64,000 nt of DNA from IMG/VR virus record IMGVR_UViG_3300020220_003261; one strand, given 5' to 3'. The DNA is from a virus. The notes beneath the pieces are model-generated. The model was not told where the DNA came from, did not search any database, and worked only from the letters and a program-made list of their open reading frames with translations. Made by a program: the position numbers and the translations under genes. Numbering within the stretch: the first letter of the stretch is position 1; each line of letters begins with the position of its first letter. Shown in pieces: positions 10,315 through 20,237 of the stretch.

Positions 10315-11140
10315 TCTCTATTTTTTTTATAATATTATCTGCAATTATTTTATGACACAATAATGATGGATGGGAATCTTGGGGACAATCATCACCAAAA
10401 AAAGCAAGATCTTCTTTTATTAATAAATTTTCATTTGATTTAATCATATAATCTAAACATTTATAATTTTTTCCCATATAATCGAAGGTTATTAACCTTT
10501 TGTTCAAAAAATCATCCTTCGTGATAACACGAGAATAATCATCTGACCAATTCCAAATCCAACATTTTATACCTTTGCTTTCATAAAATTCAAAAAAAGA
10601 TTTTATATCATTCATTATATTTTCTGCCATATGATTCATCAAATCAGGTAAACCATATAATTTTTTCAATTCCATATATTCATATAATAATCTTTGGTTT
10701 TCTTTGTCTTCATTAATAATTTGCAAATTATGTTTATGACCATCCTTTTCAATTTTTATATGATTTCTCATAATTAGTGATGTTTGTAGAACAATATGAC
10801 TTATTTCACTATAGTCAAATTTACCATCATAATTTGTATTTCTATGTGGGTTGTAATGGTCATCATACAACGGACCATCAACACTTATAACCCCTTTCAA
10901 AAAATTTATACTTGTTTCTTCATTTCCTCCGTTAGACTTTTTAACAACTTCGAATGTATTGAAATGTTGTGCCACAAGTCTTGCAAACCTGTTGGCATAC
11001 ATGTATTGATAATGTGCCTCCGTCAAATATTTAAAATCAAATTTTTCAGGTGGAGGTCTTTTAATCGTAGGCATTTTAGAATAATAATATAAACCTTGAC
11101 CCCATGTGAATGAACAACCTAAAAATATTATTCCATTCAT
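10307..11140 (-). CDS. SGNH-family protein (GCS variant)
   Basis: FLGCSFTWG ... NGGNE ... DSHPS. Confidence 0.65.
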   Translation of the reverse strand: MNGIIFLGCSFTWGQGLYYYSKMPTIKRPPPEKFDFKYLTEAHYQYMYANRFARLVAQHFNTFEVVKKSNGGNEETSINFLKGVISVDGPLYDDHYNPHRNTNYDGKFDYSEISHIVLQTSLIMRNHIKIEKDGHKHNLQIINEDKENQRLLYEYMELKKLYGLPDLMNHMAENIMNDIKSFFEFYESKGIKCWIWNWSDDYSRVITKDDFLNKRLITFDYMGKNYKCLDYMIKSNENLLIKEDLAFFGDDCPQDSHPSLLCHKIIADNIIKKIENE

Positions 11141-11937
11141 AGTTTACTTTTCATTTTTTTTATTATGTTATTTGCAAAAATTTGATGACATAGTTTTGAT
11201 GGATGATGATCTTTAGGTGGATTAGCACCAAAATTCTCATAATCTTTAGAAATTTCTAATTCAGGATTTTGATATATCATTTCGTATATGTTACTGTATA
11301 TTTTTTCTTTATATTCTAAATCAATGTATCTTTCACTTAAATATGGATCTTTTTTTATAAAAGGTAAATGATTTGTTTCCCATGAAAATAATAAACATTT
11401 TATACCCTTACTTTCATAAAATTCGAATTTTTTTTTAATTCTTTGGACTTGTTGTTCTGTAAATAAAACAACCCATTCATCAAATTCTAAATTATTTTCA
11501 TCTAACCATTCATGAAACTTATCTAAATTTTCACCAATACCACTTTTCCAAACATAAGACCAATAATCAACACCTTTTAATTTGTAATTAAATTTATTTC
11601 TCCAAATTTGAGATGTTTGTAATATTATAAATTCAAAGTCGTCATAATGAAATCTCTGATCACGAGCAATTAAATGTTCTTTTGGGTTTATTTTTTTATC
11701 TATATCAAATACTTGATCAAAAAAATCAAATGTCTCATCCTCACTACCCCCATTTTGATTTTTAAAAACTTCAAATGTTTTGAAATAATCTGCGACTAAT
11801 CTCGGATATCTTATAGTATTTTTGAATCTTATGTGTGATGTTTTTACTAAATGTGGATCGAATTGCCATTCAGGTGGATACTGAAGTCTATTTAAATCAG
11901 AATAAAAATATAAACCTTGACCCCATGTGAATGAACA
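11086..11937. repeat. 31-bp exact direct repeat (11086..11116 and 11907..11937) in the tandem SGNH genes
   Basis: aatataaaccttgaccccatgtgaatgaaca is read at both positions. Confidence 0.85.
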
Positions 11938-11961
11938 CCCACCAAATAATAATCCTTTCAT
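11137..11961 (-). CDS. SGNH-family protein (GCS variant), tandem paralogue of 10307..11140
   Basis: FGGCSFTWGQGLY ... NGGSE ... DHHPS. Confidence 0.65.
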   Translation of the reverse strand: MKGLLFGGCSFTWGQGLYFYSDLNRLQYPPEWQFDPHLVKTSHIRFKNTIRYPRLVADYFKTFEVFKNQNGGSEDETFDFFDQVFDIDKKINPKEHLIARDQRFHYDDFEFIILQTSQIWRNKFNYKLKGVDYWSYVWKSGIGENLDKFHEWLDENNLEFDEWVVLFTEQQVQRIKKKFEFYESKGIKCLLFSWETNHLPFIKKDPYLSERYIDLEYKEKIYSNIYEMIYQNPELEISKDYENFGANPPKDHHPSKLCHQIFANNIIKKMKSKL

Positions 11962-12591
11962 TTATTTAATTCGTAAAACTATTGTGTAAAATTTTGATTC
12001 TCCAGTCCAACCATAACTGTCATATTCTATATAACATACGTCATAATCAGATTTAGCGATTTCAATTATATCTTGAACAGATACACCATCTGCATTTTCT
12101 ACTAATATAATTGATGAATAACCTTCAACGTAATTTTGTGCATCTTTTAAAAACTTAGTATGAAATTTCATTTCTTCATCTAATGATATTAATTCTTCGT
12201 GTTCGTTTCTATATCCACCTGGTCTTCTTGTTTTGAAATGTGGAGGATTACTAATAATCGTATCAAATTTATAACTAAATTCAGGAAATGAATCAAAAAC
12301 ATTTGATTCTATAAATTTTGTATTTTTAATATTATTAGTTGATATTGTTTTATCAATATATTCTTTATTCTCAGCATTAATATCACTCAATATTAAGTTT
12401 TCACATTGATAGTTGAAATTGAGATAAAATCCCATGAAGCCAGGGCCACTACACATTTCTAAAACATTTTTTGGCCTTAAATGTTTTTTTACACCCTCAC
12501 TTTTTAGGGCATTAATACCAAAAACGGTTCCACCTCCATCCAATGTTTTGTGATAGTAAACTACCTTTTCATTTATTTTGAATTCTTCCAT
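11962..12591 (-). CDS. Class I SAM methyltransferase (MTS/HemK-like)
   Basis: LEMCSGPGFMG motif I and ISNPPHF motif IV. ATG 12591 preferred over TTG 12600. Confidence 0.8.
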   Translation of the reverse strand: MEEFKINEKVVYYHKTLDGGGTVFGINALKSEGVKKHLRPKNVLEMCSGPGFMGFYLNFNYQCENLILSDINAENKEYIDKTISTNNIKNTKFIESNVFDSFPEFSYKFDTIISNPPHFKTRRPGGYRNEHEELISLDEEMKFHTKFLKDAQNYVEGYSSIILVENADGVSVQDIIEIAKSDYDVCYIEYDSYGWTGESKFYTIVLRIK

Positions 12592-12592
12592 T

Positions 12593-13567
12593 TTAAGCAA
12601 ATTCAGTTTTGTTATCCATATACCATTGATATGTTATTTTTAAACCTTCATCTAAAGAAAATTTTGGTTCCCATCCTAAATTGCTCTTTATTTTATTTGA
12701 ATTAATTCTTCTTGTTGGAATCATAGATGGTTTGCCTTTAATAAATTCTGTTGGAGCGTCATAATCAACAATTTTTTTCATCTTATCGAGAACTTCTAAC
12801 ACAGAATAAACTTGATTTGATCCTACATTATAAACATTATATAATTCTTGTTCTTTTTCCATTATAATTTTTAAAGATTCTACAAAATCATCAACATATA
12901 ATAAATCCCTTAATTCACTTCCATCACCCCATACAGGTATTGGATTCATTTTGTCCGCGACTTTTCTTATTGTTGCAGGTGTAACATGACATTTATTGAA
13001 ATCATACTTGTCATGTGGACCAAAAAGATTTGCTGGTCTTACTACAGTGCATTTCATTTTTCTTGGTAAATGATTACCATACAATTCACATTGAAGTTCC
13101 GCATATCTTTTCATCCAACCAACAGCAAAATATACAGGATATGGTGGATTGAACATAAAGTCCGTTTCAACTACTGGTTCGTCTCCTTTAGGTGGGTAAA
13201 CTGTATTCGAAGAAATGAAAATATAATGTTTTACGTCGTTTCTCCAAGAAGCATCGATTAGAAAATTATTCATTGCAACATTTGGTGTGACATGTAAAAG
13301 AGGGTCTACAATAGTATCGACAGCATTTGATGTTTGAGCCGCACAATGAAACACAACATCGACATTTTTAGTGATATCCATACATTTATCGTGCGTCATT
13401 AAATCACCAACCCAATATTCAATTTGATCATATTTTATTCTTGGTTCTTTTCTATGAACTAAAACTCTTATATTATTGTATCCATTAGAAATTAAATGAT
13501 TAGTTAAATTTTGTCCAACTAATCCTGATCCACCTGTTATAAGTATTTTTGCGTTTTTATCTATCAT
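12593..13567 (-). CDS. Extended SDR, GDP-fucose-synthase-like epimerase/reductase (YxxxK Tyr absent)
   Basis: ITGGSGLVG, RPANLFGPHD, VWGDGSELRDLLYVDD; VGWMK in place of YxxxK. Confidence 0.75.
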   Translation of the reverse strand: MIDKNAKILITGGSGLVGQNLTNHLISNGYNNIRVLVHRKEPRIKYDQIEYWVGDLMTHDKCMDITKNVDVVFHCAAQTSNAVDTIVDPLLHVTPNVAMNNFLIDASWRNDVKHYIFISSNTVYPPKGDEPVVETDFMFNPPYPVYFAVGWMKRYAELQCELYGNHLPRKMKCTVVRPANLFGPHDKYDFNKCHVTPATIRKVADKMNPIPVWGDGSELRDLLYVDDFVESLKIIMEKEQELYNVYNVGSNQVYSVLEVLDKMKKIVDYDAPTEFIKGKPSMIPTRRINSNKIKSNLGWEPKFSLDEGLKITYQWYMDNKTEFA

Positions 13568-14340
13568 ATAGAATTTTTAAATATTTTTTTTGCGGCTCTA
13601 CTATGAAATTTCCACATTTCTTCTTCTGTTATTTTTCCCTTATTTAGTTCTTCTTTATAAAATAACTCTTCGTTATATACAAAACTTAAATAAGTAAACC
13701 TGTGAAAATCATTCTTTACGGGTTCTACTTCGTGTATAATATCGTGATTTAAAAAATCCATTATTACAAAATTATCAATTACAGGTTCTACTTTTTCTAG
13801 TTCATTTTCAGTCCTACCCACAACTAAATGTCCACCACCATCAATATAATCTTTTTTATCTGAAAGGTAAATTAAAATAACACAATATCTTTCAGGTGAC
13901 CTACCATCAAAATGCCTTTCGATAAAATCACCATTATCGTAGATGGTAAATGCGTCATGATGTTTTATATTATTTTGTAAATCAGGATATATTTTTGGTA
14001 AGAAACTATTCAAAGTATCCCTCATAAAAGATGTATGTTTTTCAAAATCACCACCTCCACCCTTTTCCCACCATTTTTGTATTATTCTATAATTATTTTT
14101 TTTTATATGATTTTGTCTTTCTTCAATTTCATCAAGACTTGTTACCCAATGTCTTTTATTTTCTTGATCAAGTTGTGGATATTGAAAACGGTATTTATAC
14201 CCTTTTCTAAATCTCGCATTGTAATCCTTGCCGTGTTCACGAACCTCTTCAGCAATTTTTTCAAAGGTTTCCATTTCTTTTATAATTTCATTGGTTTTAC
14301 CTATGTAATAACCACTTTCTAAATAGTCTTGTATATTCAT
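13564..14340 (-). CDS. 2OG-Fe(II) oxygenase (prolyl-4-hydroxylase-like)
   Basis: HFD, ILIYLS, GGHL, HEVEPV..RFT. Confidence 0.8.
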   Translation of the reverse strand: MNIQDYLESGYYIGKTNEIIKEMETFEKIAEEVREHGKDYNARFRKGYKYRFQYPQLDQENKRHWVTSLDEIEERQNHIKKNNYRIIQKWWEKGGGGDFEKHTSFMRDTLNSFLPKIYPDLQNNIKHHDAFTIYDNGDFIERHFDGRSPERYCVILIYLSDKKDYIDGGGHLVVGRTENELEKVEPVIDNFVIMDFLNHDIIHEVEPVKNDFHRFTYLSFVYNEELFYKEELNKGKITEEEMWKFHSRAAKKIFKNSI

Positions 14341-14341
14341 T

Positions 14342-15274
14342 CTAAATCGTTTTAATATAAAAATTATACGTTTTTTCTAAAGCTTGTTTAAATCCTAATT
14401 TTGGTAAAAGATTATATTTCTCCTGTTTAGTTGTGTCCATTTGTCTTCTTAAATCACCATTTGGTTTTGATGTATCCCAACTGACATCTAAACTTTTACC
14501 ACTAATATTAATTATCTGGTCAACCATATATTTTATTGATATTTCTTCTCCAGAACCAAAGTTTATAATTTCATTTATTTCATCCTCAAAAAGTTGAATA
14601 ATTGCATCTGCTACGTCTCCAGCATATACAAAATCTCTAATTGGTGAACCATCACCCCAGCAATCAATTTTATCAATAGATTCATAAACTTTTTTTATTG
14701 TGGATGAAATAACAGTTCCATTACCACTAAAATCATCATACTCACCAAAAATGTTAGCGGGTCTAACAATTGACCATCTATTATAATTGTATTGAACTTC
14801 ATATGCCCCTATTAGTATTTCACCCATTCTTTTACTCCATGAGGGAAACCAATCCGCTTCAGACGGAAGAGTCTTCCAAACTGTATCTTCCATAAACTTT
14901 TCAGCTGGTGCATAAACACCAACAGAACTAACGAATACTAACCATATATTATTGATTGCACATTGATTGATAATTTCTGTGTTTATCTTGAAAGAAGGTA
15001 ACAAAAAATCAACTGGTTTAGTTTTTGCCCTGATAGGAGAACCCTTTATGCCAAATGTGTTCAAAACAACATCTGGCTTTTCATAGAAAAATAAATTCTT
15101 GATGTTTTGATCATCAGTCAAATCTAATTTATAAAATATGAAATTATCTGACATCGGTAAATTTTGAGATTCCCTAATGTCTATACCAATAACAAAATAA
15201 CCCTTTTCTAAACATTTATTTACTAAATGAATACCAACTAATCCACTACAACCCGTTATTAAAATCTTTTTCAT
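14342..15274 (-). CDS. Extended SDR, GDP-fucose-synthase-like (YxxxK Tyr absent)
   Basis: ITGCSGLVG, RPANIFGEYD, CWGDGSPIRDFVYAGD, KPNGDLRR; PSWSK in place of YxxxK. Confidence 0.75.
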   Translation of the reverse strand: MKKILITGCSGLVGIHLVNKCLEKGYFVIGIDIRESQNLPMSDNFIFYKLDLTDDQNIKNLFFYEKPDVVLNTFGIKGSPIRAKTKPVDFLLPSFKINTEIINQCAINNIWLVFVSSVGVYAPAEKFMEDTVWKTLPSEADWFPSWSKRMGEILIGAYEVQYNYNRWSIVRPANIFGEYDDFSGNGTVISSTIKKVYESIDKIDCWGDGSPIRDFVYAGDVADAIIQLFEDEINEIINFGSGEEISIKYMVDQIINISGKSLDVSWDTSKPNGDLRRQMDTTKQEKYNLLPKLGFKQALEKTYNFYIKTI

Positions 15275-16524
15275 AAATTTTTATTTATCAAACTTTTAAA
15301 AAAATTAAAATCATAATTATCGTCTGCTAATGACATCACTTTAATTTTATTTTCCCATAATCTCCTTTCATTTTTTTTATAAAATTCGATGATACTATTT
15401 TTATTTTTTATTAGTCTTGTGACCTCATTAAAAAATTTGAAAAACCTTTCTCTTGGATCAAAAATCGTATCATAATCATGGTTAATAATATCTTCAAATA
15501 AATCGAAATTGTAAATGTATTTTAACTTACTCACATGATTGTGTGATGCCAAAAATATTGGTAATTGAAAAAAATACATCGGTTTTATTGATTTCTCACT
15601 AATATGGACATCATCGACAAAATATGCAGATTCAGTAACACAGTTGATAAAGTTGTTTTCGTAACTTTTTAATTCAAATATCTTCCCCCAATTAATTCTA
15701 CCATGATTATCAAAATCATCAAACCAATTTTTATCCTCTTCAAACATACTTTTTTTTATATCTAAATTATTAAAATAGTCTATTTCGGGTTTAATTCTTT
15801 CAATTTCATTATTGGTAAAAATATTTCTATAAAATTGATAATCAATACCATTTAAATTTCTTTTTTTATGTTCCCAACCCATAACCAAAGACCAATCAAA
15901 TTCGTGCAATATGTTGTATTTTTTTAAAAGAACTAATAACGAATACCTATGAGGTTTTGGTGTTCTATTGTGACACATAAATAAACAACCTTCTTTTTCT
16001 GTCACATATTTACTTTCAAAATGTGATATATTAAGTGCGGTAATTTTAGGAAGAAATCTTATACTATGAACATTTATATCTGTATTGTGTTTCTTTTTAT
16101 AGTCATTTAAATTTGAATTATTATTTATAAAATAAACTTTTTTATGTGGTATACTAACTTTATCTAAATGATAAATTAATTTAGTTAATGCTTTTTCGGG
16201 TTCATACTCGTGTTCAGAAACAAGGCCTAAATAAAAATTATCGTTAGATTTTAAATAATTAATTACCTCATCTGAGATTGGGAGACGATTAATATCCTTC
16301 AACATACTATGTATATCTTGTATATTATTTATAAAATAATAAAAATTTTCATTTGGTTTATCTGTTATTTCACTTAGTTTATAAGATTTACAATTTCTAA
16401 ATTTATAAAAATTTAATAATCCCTCTACTTTTCTTACTTTGAAATCTCCCTTTACTATGTTTTTACCATTTTCGATTGGCATTTCATTATCCCATATGTC
16501 ATATACTAAATTTAAGTAATCCAT
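15271..16524 (-). CDS. GT10-like paralogue family, copy 2
   Basis: FMCHNRTPKPHR, INCVTES..ISEKSIKP..PIFLA..FDLFEDIINHDYD. ATG 16524 preferred over TTG 16554. Confidence 0.5.
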   Translation of the reverse strand: MDYLNLVYDIWDNEMPIENGKNIVKGDFKVRKVEGLLNFYKFRNCKSYKLSEITDKPNENFYYFINNIQDIHSMLKDINRLPISDEVINYLKSNDNFYLGLVSEHEYEPEKALTKLIYHLDKVSIPHKKVYFINNNSNLNDYKKKHNTDINVHSIRFLPKITALNISHFESKYVTEKEGCLFMCHNRTPKPHRYSLLVLLKKYNILHEFDWSLVMGWEHKKRNLNGIDYQFYRNIFTNNEIERIKPEIDYFNNLDIKKSMFEEDKNWFDDFDNHGRINWGKIFELKSYENNFINCVTESAYFVDDVHISEKSIKPMYFFQLPIFLASHNHVSKLKYIYNFDLFEDIINHDYDTIFDPRERFFKFFNEVTRLIKNKNSIIEFYKKNERRLWENKIKVMSLADDNYDFNFFKSLINKNL

Positions 16525-16540
16525 ATTTAAATTTCTAAAT

Positions 16541-17836
16541 TTAAGATATTCCAATTATATTTTTATTTATATAATTAATGTCAGTTTTATCATTCATAAT
16601 ATCTTTCGTAATTTGTTGATTTTTAAAAAGTCTTTCACGATTTTCTACATAAAATTTTTTTACCTGATCTTTATTTTGATGTAATCTTTTTATTTCTTTA
16701 AAAATCATGTTGAATCTTTTGTAATCATCAAATTCCTGATCATAACTATGGTCTATTAGGTCATCAAAAAAATCATAACCATATCTTTCTTTCATACACT
16801 CAACATGTCTCGGTGTTGCAACAAATAAAGGTAATTGTAGGAAATAAAATGGTTTAAAAGATTTTTCTGTAATTGATACATAGTTCTTTTTCGAAAATGC
16901 GGTTTCAGCTGTTATGTTAATATAAGAATTAACATATGTCTCTAACACATAATGATCACCCCAATTATTATTTAATGGGCGTTTATTTGTTCCTAAATCA
17001 AACCAATTTAAGTGTTTTTCGAATTTACTTTTTTTGACATCTATACTCATTAAGTAGTTAATCTCATTTTGATATTCATTTACCTCTTCCACATTCATCA
17101 CATCATTAAAAAACATGTGATTAAAATCTTTCATTTTTTGTCCAGTGTTTCTAAATTGATATCCACAACCTGCAGACCAATCAACATCATCAATTATATT
17201 ATTTTTCATCATTTTCATTATTAGACCATATCTATGAGATTTTGGGACTCTAATATGAAATAAAAAGAGAAAATCTTTTTGTCTTAAAAATTGAATATCG
17301 TATCTTAAGAACCAATAAACATGTGAATGTGCAAGTGCTCTACAGGAATAGACGTTAATCTTAGTATTACATTTTTTATTATATTCCTCTAAAAAATAAT
17401 TATTATTTATTACAAAAATTTGTTCCTCATTTATGTTTTGAAATTTACAAGCTTCCTTCAAGTAGTCTAATATTTCAACAATATCGGCTTCAGAGGGATG
17501 ACAAATTAGAATTTTAAAATTGGCATTTTTTCTAATTGTTTCTAAAAATTCCGAATTAAACGGAAGTCTTTTTCTTTCCATCAAATAAGTACTAATTTTA
17601 TAAAACCAATCAGAAATTACAAAATAAAAATTTTCATCTGGAAACTTTTCAATTTCTTTTAAATCACACTTATTAAAATTTTTCATCTTATAAGTTGTAA
17701 ATAAAGGTTTAGAATGATTAAATAGTTCTTCAGATGTTATTGTAAAATCTTTTTTTATACGTTCTGAAAAATAAGTGTATTGAAAATGAAAATCTACACA
17801 TACTAAATTTATTCTTCTTGTTTCTATACCAAACAT
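16541..17836 (-). CDS. GT10-like paralogue family, copy 3
   Basis: INITAET..ITEKSFKP..PLFVA..YDFFDDLIDHSYD. Confidence 0.5.
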   Translation of the reverse strand: MFGIETRRINLVCVDFHFQYTYFSERIKKDFTITSEELFNHSKPLFTTYKMKNFNKCDLKEIEKFPDENFYFVISDWFYKISTYLMERKRLPFNSEFLETIRKNANFKILICHPSEADIVEILDYLKEACKFQNINEEQIFVINNNYFLEEYNKKCNTKINVYSCRALAHSHVYWFLRYDIQFLRQKDFLFLFHIRVPKSHRYGLIMKMMKNNIIDDVDWSAGCGYQFRNTGQKMKDFNHMFFNDVMNVEEVNEYQNEINYLMSIDVKKSKFEKHLNWFDLGTNKRPLNNNWGDHYVLETYVNSYINITAETAFSKKNYVSITEKSFKPFYFLQLPLFVATPRHVECMKERYGYDFFDDLIDHSYDQEFDDYKRFNMIFKEIKRLHQNKDQVKKFYVENRERLFKNQQITKDIMNDKTDINYINKNIIGIS

Positions 17837-19080
17837 TTTAAAAATTTTTCGTCATATTGATTATTACTGAATTGTATAATTTTTAATTTATTTTGATAAA
17901 ATCTTTCATAATTATTTTTATAGAATTCAATCACATCTGTTTTTCTATTATAAAGAGAAACTATTTCATTTACTATTTTTTGAAATCTTATTTTATTATC
18001 GGGTTCATTATCATAATCATGATTTACAACATCTTCAAAAAAATCAAATCCGTATCTATTTTTCATTGCTTTTATGTGACCACAAGTTGCAAAAATTATT
18101 GGTATTTGAAAAGAATGAAAGGGTATGTATGATTTTTCAGTTACATGTATTATACCTGGTCTTTCGAATGAAGATTCAGTTGTAATATTCACATAAGATG
18201 TTTCATATGTTTTTGAATCATAATAGTTACCCCACTGACCTTTTGCTGGTGAACCGTTTTCATTCAAATAGTGCCACGTCATATAATCTTCATACTTACT
18301 TTTTTTTATGTCATCTTTTGTAACAAAATCAATATCATTTTCAATTTCTTTTAATTCTGTTTTTTCTATTAAATGTTCAAAAAAAGTATTTTTAATATCA
18401 CCAACATTATCTTTACACATTTTTTTATATTGAAATGATTGTAAATTCGACCAATTGGTGTCTTCTAATAAATTGTTTTTACTCAAGTATGCCAATGTTA
18501 ATAATCTATGTGCTTTCATAGTTTTGTTGTGACATAAAAAGAAAAATTCTTTTTCTTTAACAAAATCTATTTTATAATTTTCCATATCTCTGTTCATTAA
18601 AGACATGTGATGATTTGCTATATGATGTATTGGTTTAAAATTATGTTTATTTACATAATAATCAAAATTATGATCATCATCTATGATAATAAATTGATTG
18701 GGATCTATATCAAAATGATCACAAGTATTTTTAATTAATATAAAAAATTGTTCACCGAAACATTCATGGGCTTCACAAAAAAATATTTTGAAATTTTTGT
18801 AATTTTTAAGATAGTGAACTATTTTATTTGAAAACGGTATGAAATTTGGTCTTAATTTTGTAACAACAGCATAAAAAAATGTGTTACACGCCGGCGGACT
18901 ATAGTAAAAATATTCACTCGGATTATTTTCGATATCCCCAAATTCTTTTTTTACTGGATCCGCAATATTATAAAAGCCGAAAAGTGCACCAGTATTATAT
19001 ATTGCATCTCTTTCATTTATAACAGAAGAATCTTCATTATATAAATCGTAATCTAATATTACATTTAAAATATTACCCAT
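17824..19080 (-). CDS. GT10-like paralogue family, copy 4
   Basis: FLCHNKTMKAHR, VNITTES..VTEKSYIP..PIIFA..FDFFEDVVNHDYD. Confidence 0.5.
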   Translation of the reverse strand: MGNILNVILDYDLYNEDSSVINERDAIYNTGALFGFYNIADPVKKEFGDIENNPSEYFYYSPPACNTFFYAVVTKLRPNFIPFSNKIVHYLKNYKNFKIFFCEAHECFGEQFFILIKNTCDHFDIDPNQFIIIDDDHNFDYYVNKHNFKPIHHIANHHMSLMNRDMENYKIDFVKEKEFFFLCHNKTMKAHRLLTLAYLSKNNLLEDTNWSNLQSFQYKKMCKDNVGDIKNTFFEHLIEKTELKEIENDIDFVTKDDIKKSKYEDYMTWHYLNENGSPAKGQWGNYYDSKTYETSYVNITTESSFERPGIIHVTEKSYIPFHSFQIPIIFATCGHIKAMKNRYGFDFFEDVVNHDYDNEPDNKIRFQKIVNEIVSLYNRKTDVIEFYKNNYERFYQNKLKIIQFSNNQYDEKFLKCLV

Positions 19081-19694
19081 TTACCTGTTCCGTAATGCGG
19101 CCATTGTTTTTTATAATCATACCAAATAACATCATCAGGTATTTCACTTTTTATTTTCCAAGTTTCAACTGTCGGTGTATTTGTTGATACTCCGTTATCT
19201 TCTACAACAAATCTTATAGGTAAGTCAAAGTTTTTTGAATATTTGTAATTTTCCATAAAACCACCAGTTTCAAATGCCATGTCACCAACAAAGCACCACA
19301 CTAATTCATCATTACCTTTCAATTTATTTGCCATTGCCACACCTACCGCGATTGGTATGATAGCACCAACAATTGCCGATGCATAAAATTTATATTCTTT
19401 ACTAACAATCGTTATTGATCTACCTTCTAAAATTTCATTTTCTAACCATTCTGAAGGAACACCCTTTATTAATGCATGATAATGTGAACGCCATGTGCTG
19501 AAAACCCAATCAGTTGGTTTAATTCTTTTTCCAATTTCAAGTATTTCATATTCATTTCCACCACTTAAATGAATCGGACCCCTAACTCTACCGGCCTCCC
19601 AATGATCTGCCATTTTTCTTTCAAATCCGATTAATCCGTGTGTATCCCATAGAACTTCATTAACTATTGGATATTTTTCTAAATTTTTTATCAT
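19065..19694 (-). CDS. TPP-dependent dehydrogenase E1 alpha-like subunit (short)
   Basis: GPIHLSGG, STWRSHYHAL, VGDMAFETG..LPIRFVVEDN (GDG..NN TPP motif variant). Confidence 0.85.
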   Translation of the reverse strand: MIKNLEKYPIVNEVLWDTHGLIGFERKMADHWEAGRVRGPIHLSGGNEYEILEIGKRIKPTDWVFSTWRSHYHALIKGVPSEWLENEILEGRSITIVSKEYKFYASAIVGAIIPIAVGVAMANKLKGNDELVWCFVGDMAFETGGFMENYKYSKNFDLPIRFVVEDNGVSTNTPTVETWKIKSEIPDDVIWYDYKKQWPHYGTGKWVIF

Positions 19695-20236
19695 CTGTCT
19701 CTTTTTTGTAATATTGGTTTATCTGTTGGCCATTCCATTTGATATTCAGGATCATTCCATTTTACAACATATTGTTTATCAACATCAACATAGCTTTCTT
19801 TATAAAATAAATTATAATGAAACATACAGTCTGTTAATGCATAGTGTCCATTTGCAAAACCTGGAGGAACCAGTACTTGATTTCTTAATCTTTCAGTGAT
19901 AATAAAACTTTCCCATTCTCCAAATGTGTTAGAATTTTCTCTCATGTCCAAAACAACTAAATAGATGTCACCAACCGCCGCTTGAACCATCTTCCAAGTT
20001 TTATTATCCCAATGTAATCCTCTTAAAACCCCTTTATAAGATTTAGAAAATCTTCCGTGAATACTAATTTCATTTTTATCGTAATGAATATGTCTCATTA
20101 CAGGATGATCTTCTGAATGAAAAGTTGTCCAAATTTCTCCTCTATATTCTCTATACACAGAAGGTTGAAATTGTGGAACTTGATACCCAAACTTTTTTGA
20201 TGGTATCTCAATAAATTCATTCCAATTATTATCCAT
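19691..20236 (-). CDS. rmlC: dTDP-4-dehydrorhamnose 3,5-epimerase family
   Basis: GVLRGLH, VLDMRENSNTFGEW, VPPGFANG, WNDP. ATG 20236 preferred. Confidence 0.85.
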   Translation of the reverse strand: MDNNWNEFIEIPSKKFGYQVPQFQPSVYREYRGEIWTTFHSEDHPVMRHIHYDKNEISIHGRFSKSYKGVLRGLHWDNKTWKMVQAAVGDIYLVVLDMRENSNTFGEWESFIITERLRNQVLVPPGFANGHYALTDCMFHYNLFYKESYVDVDKQYVVKWNDPEYQMEWPTDKPILQKRDR

Positions 20237-20237
20237 A

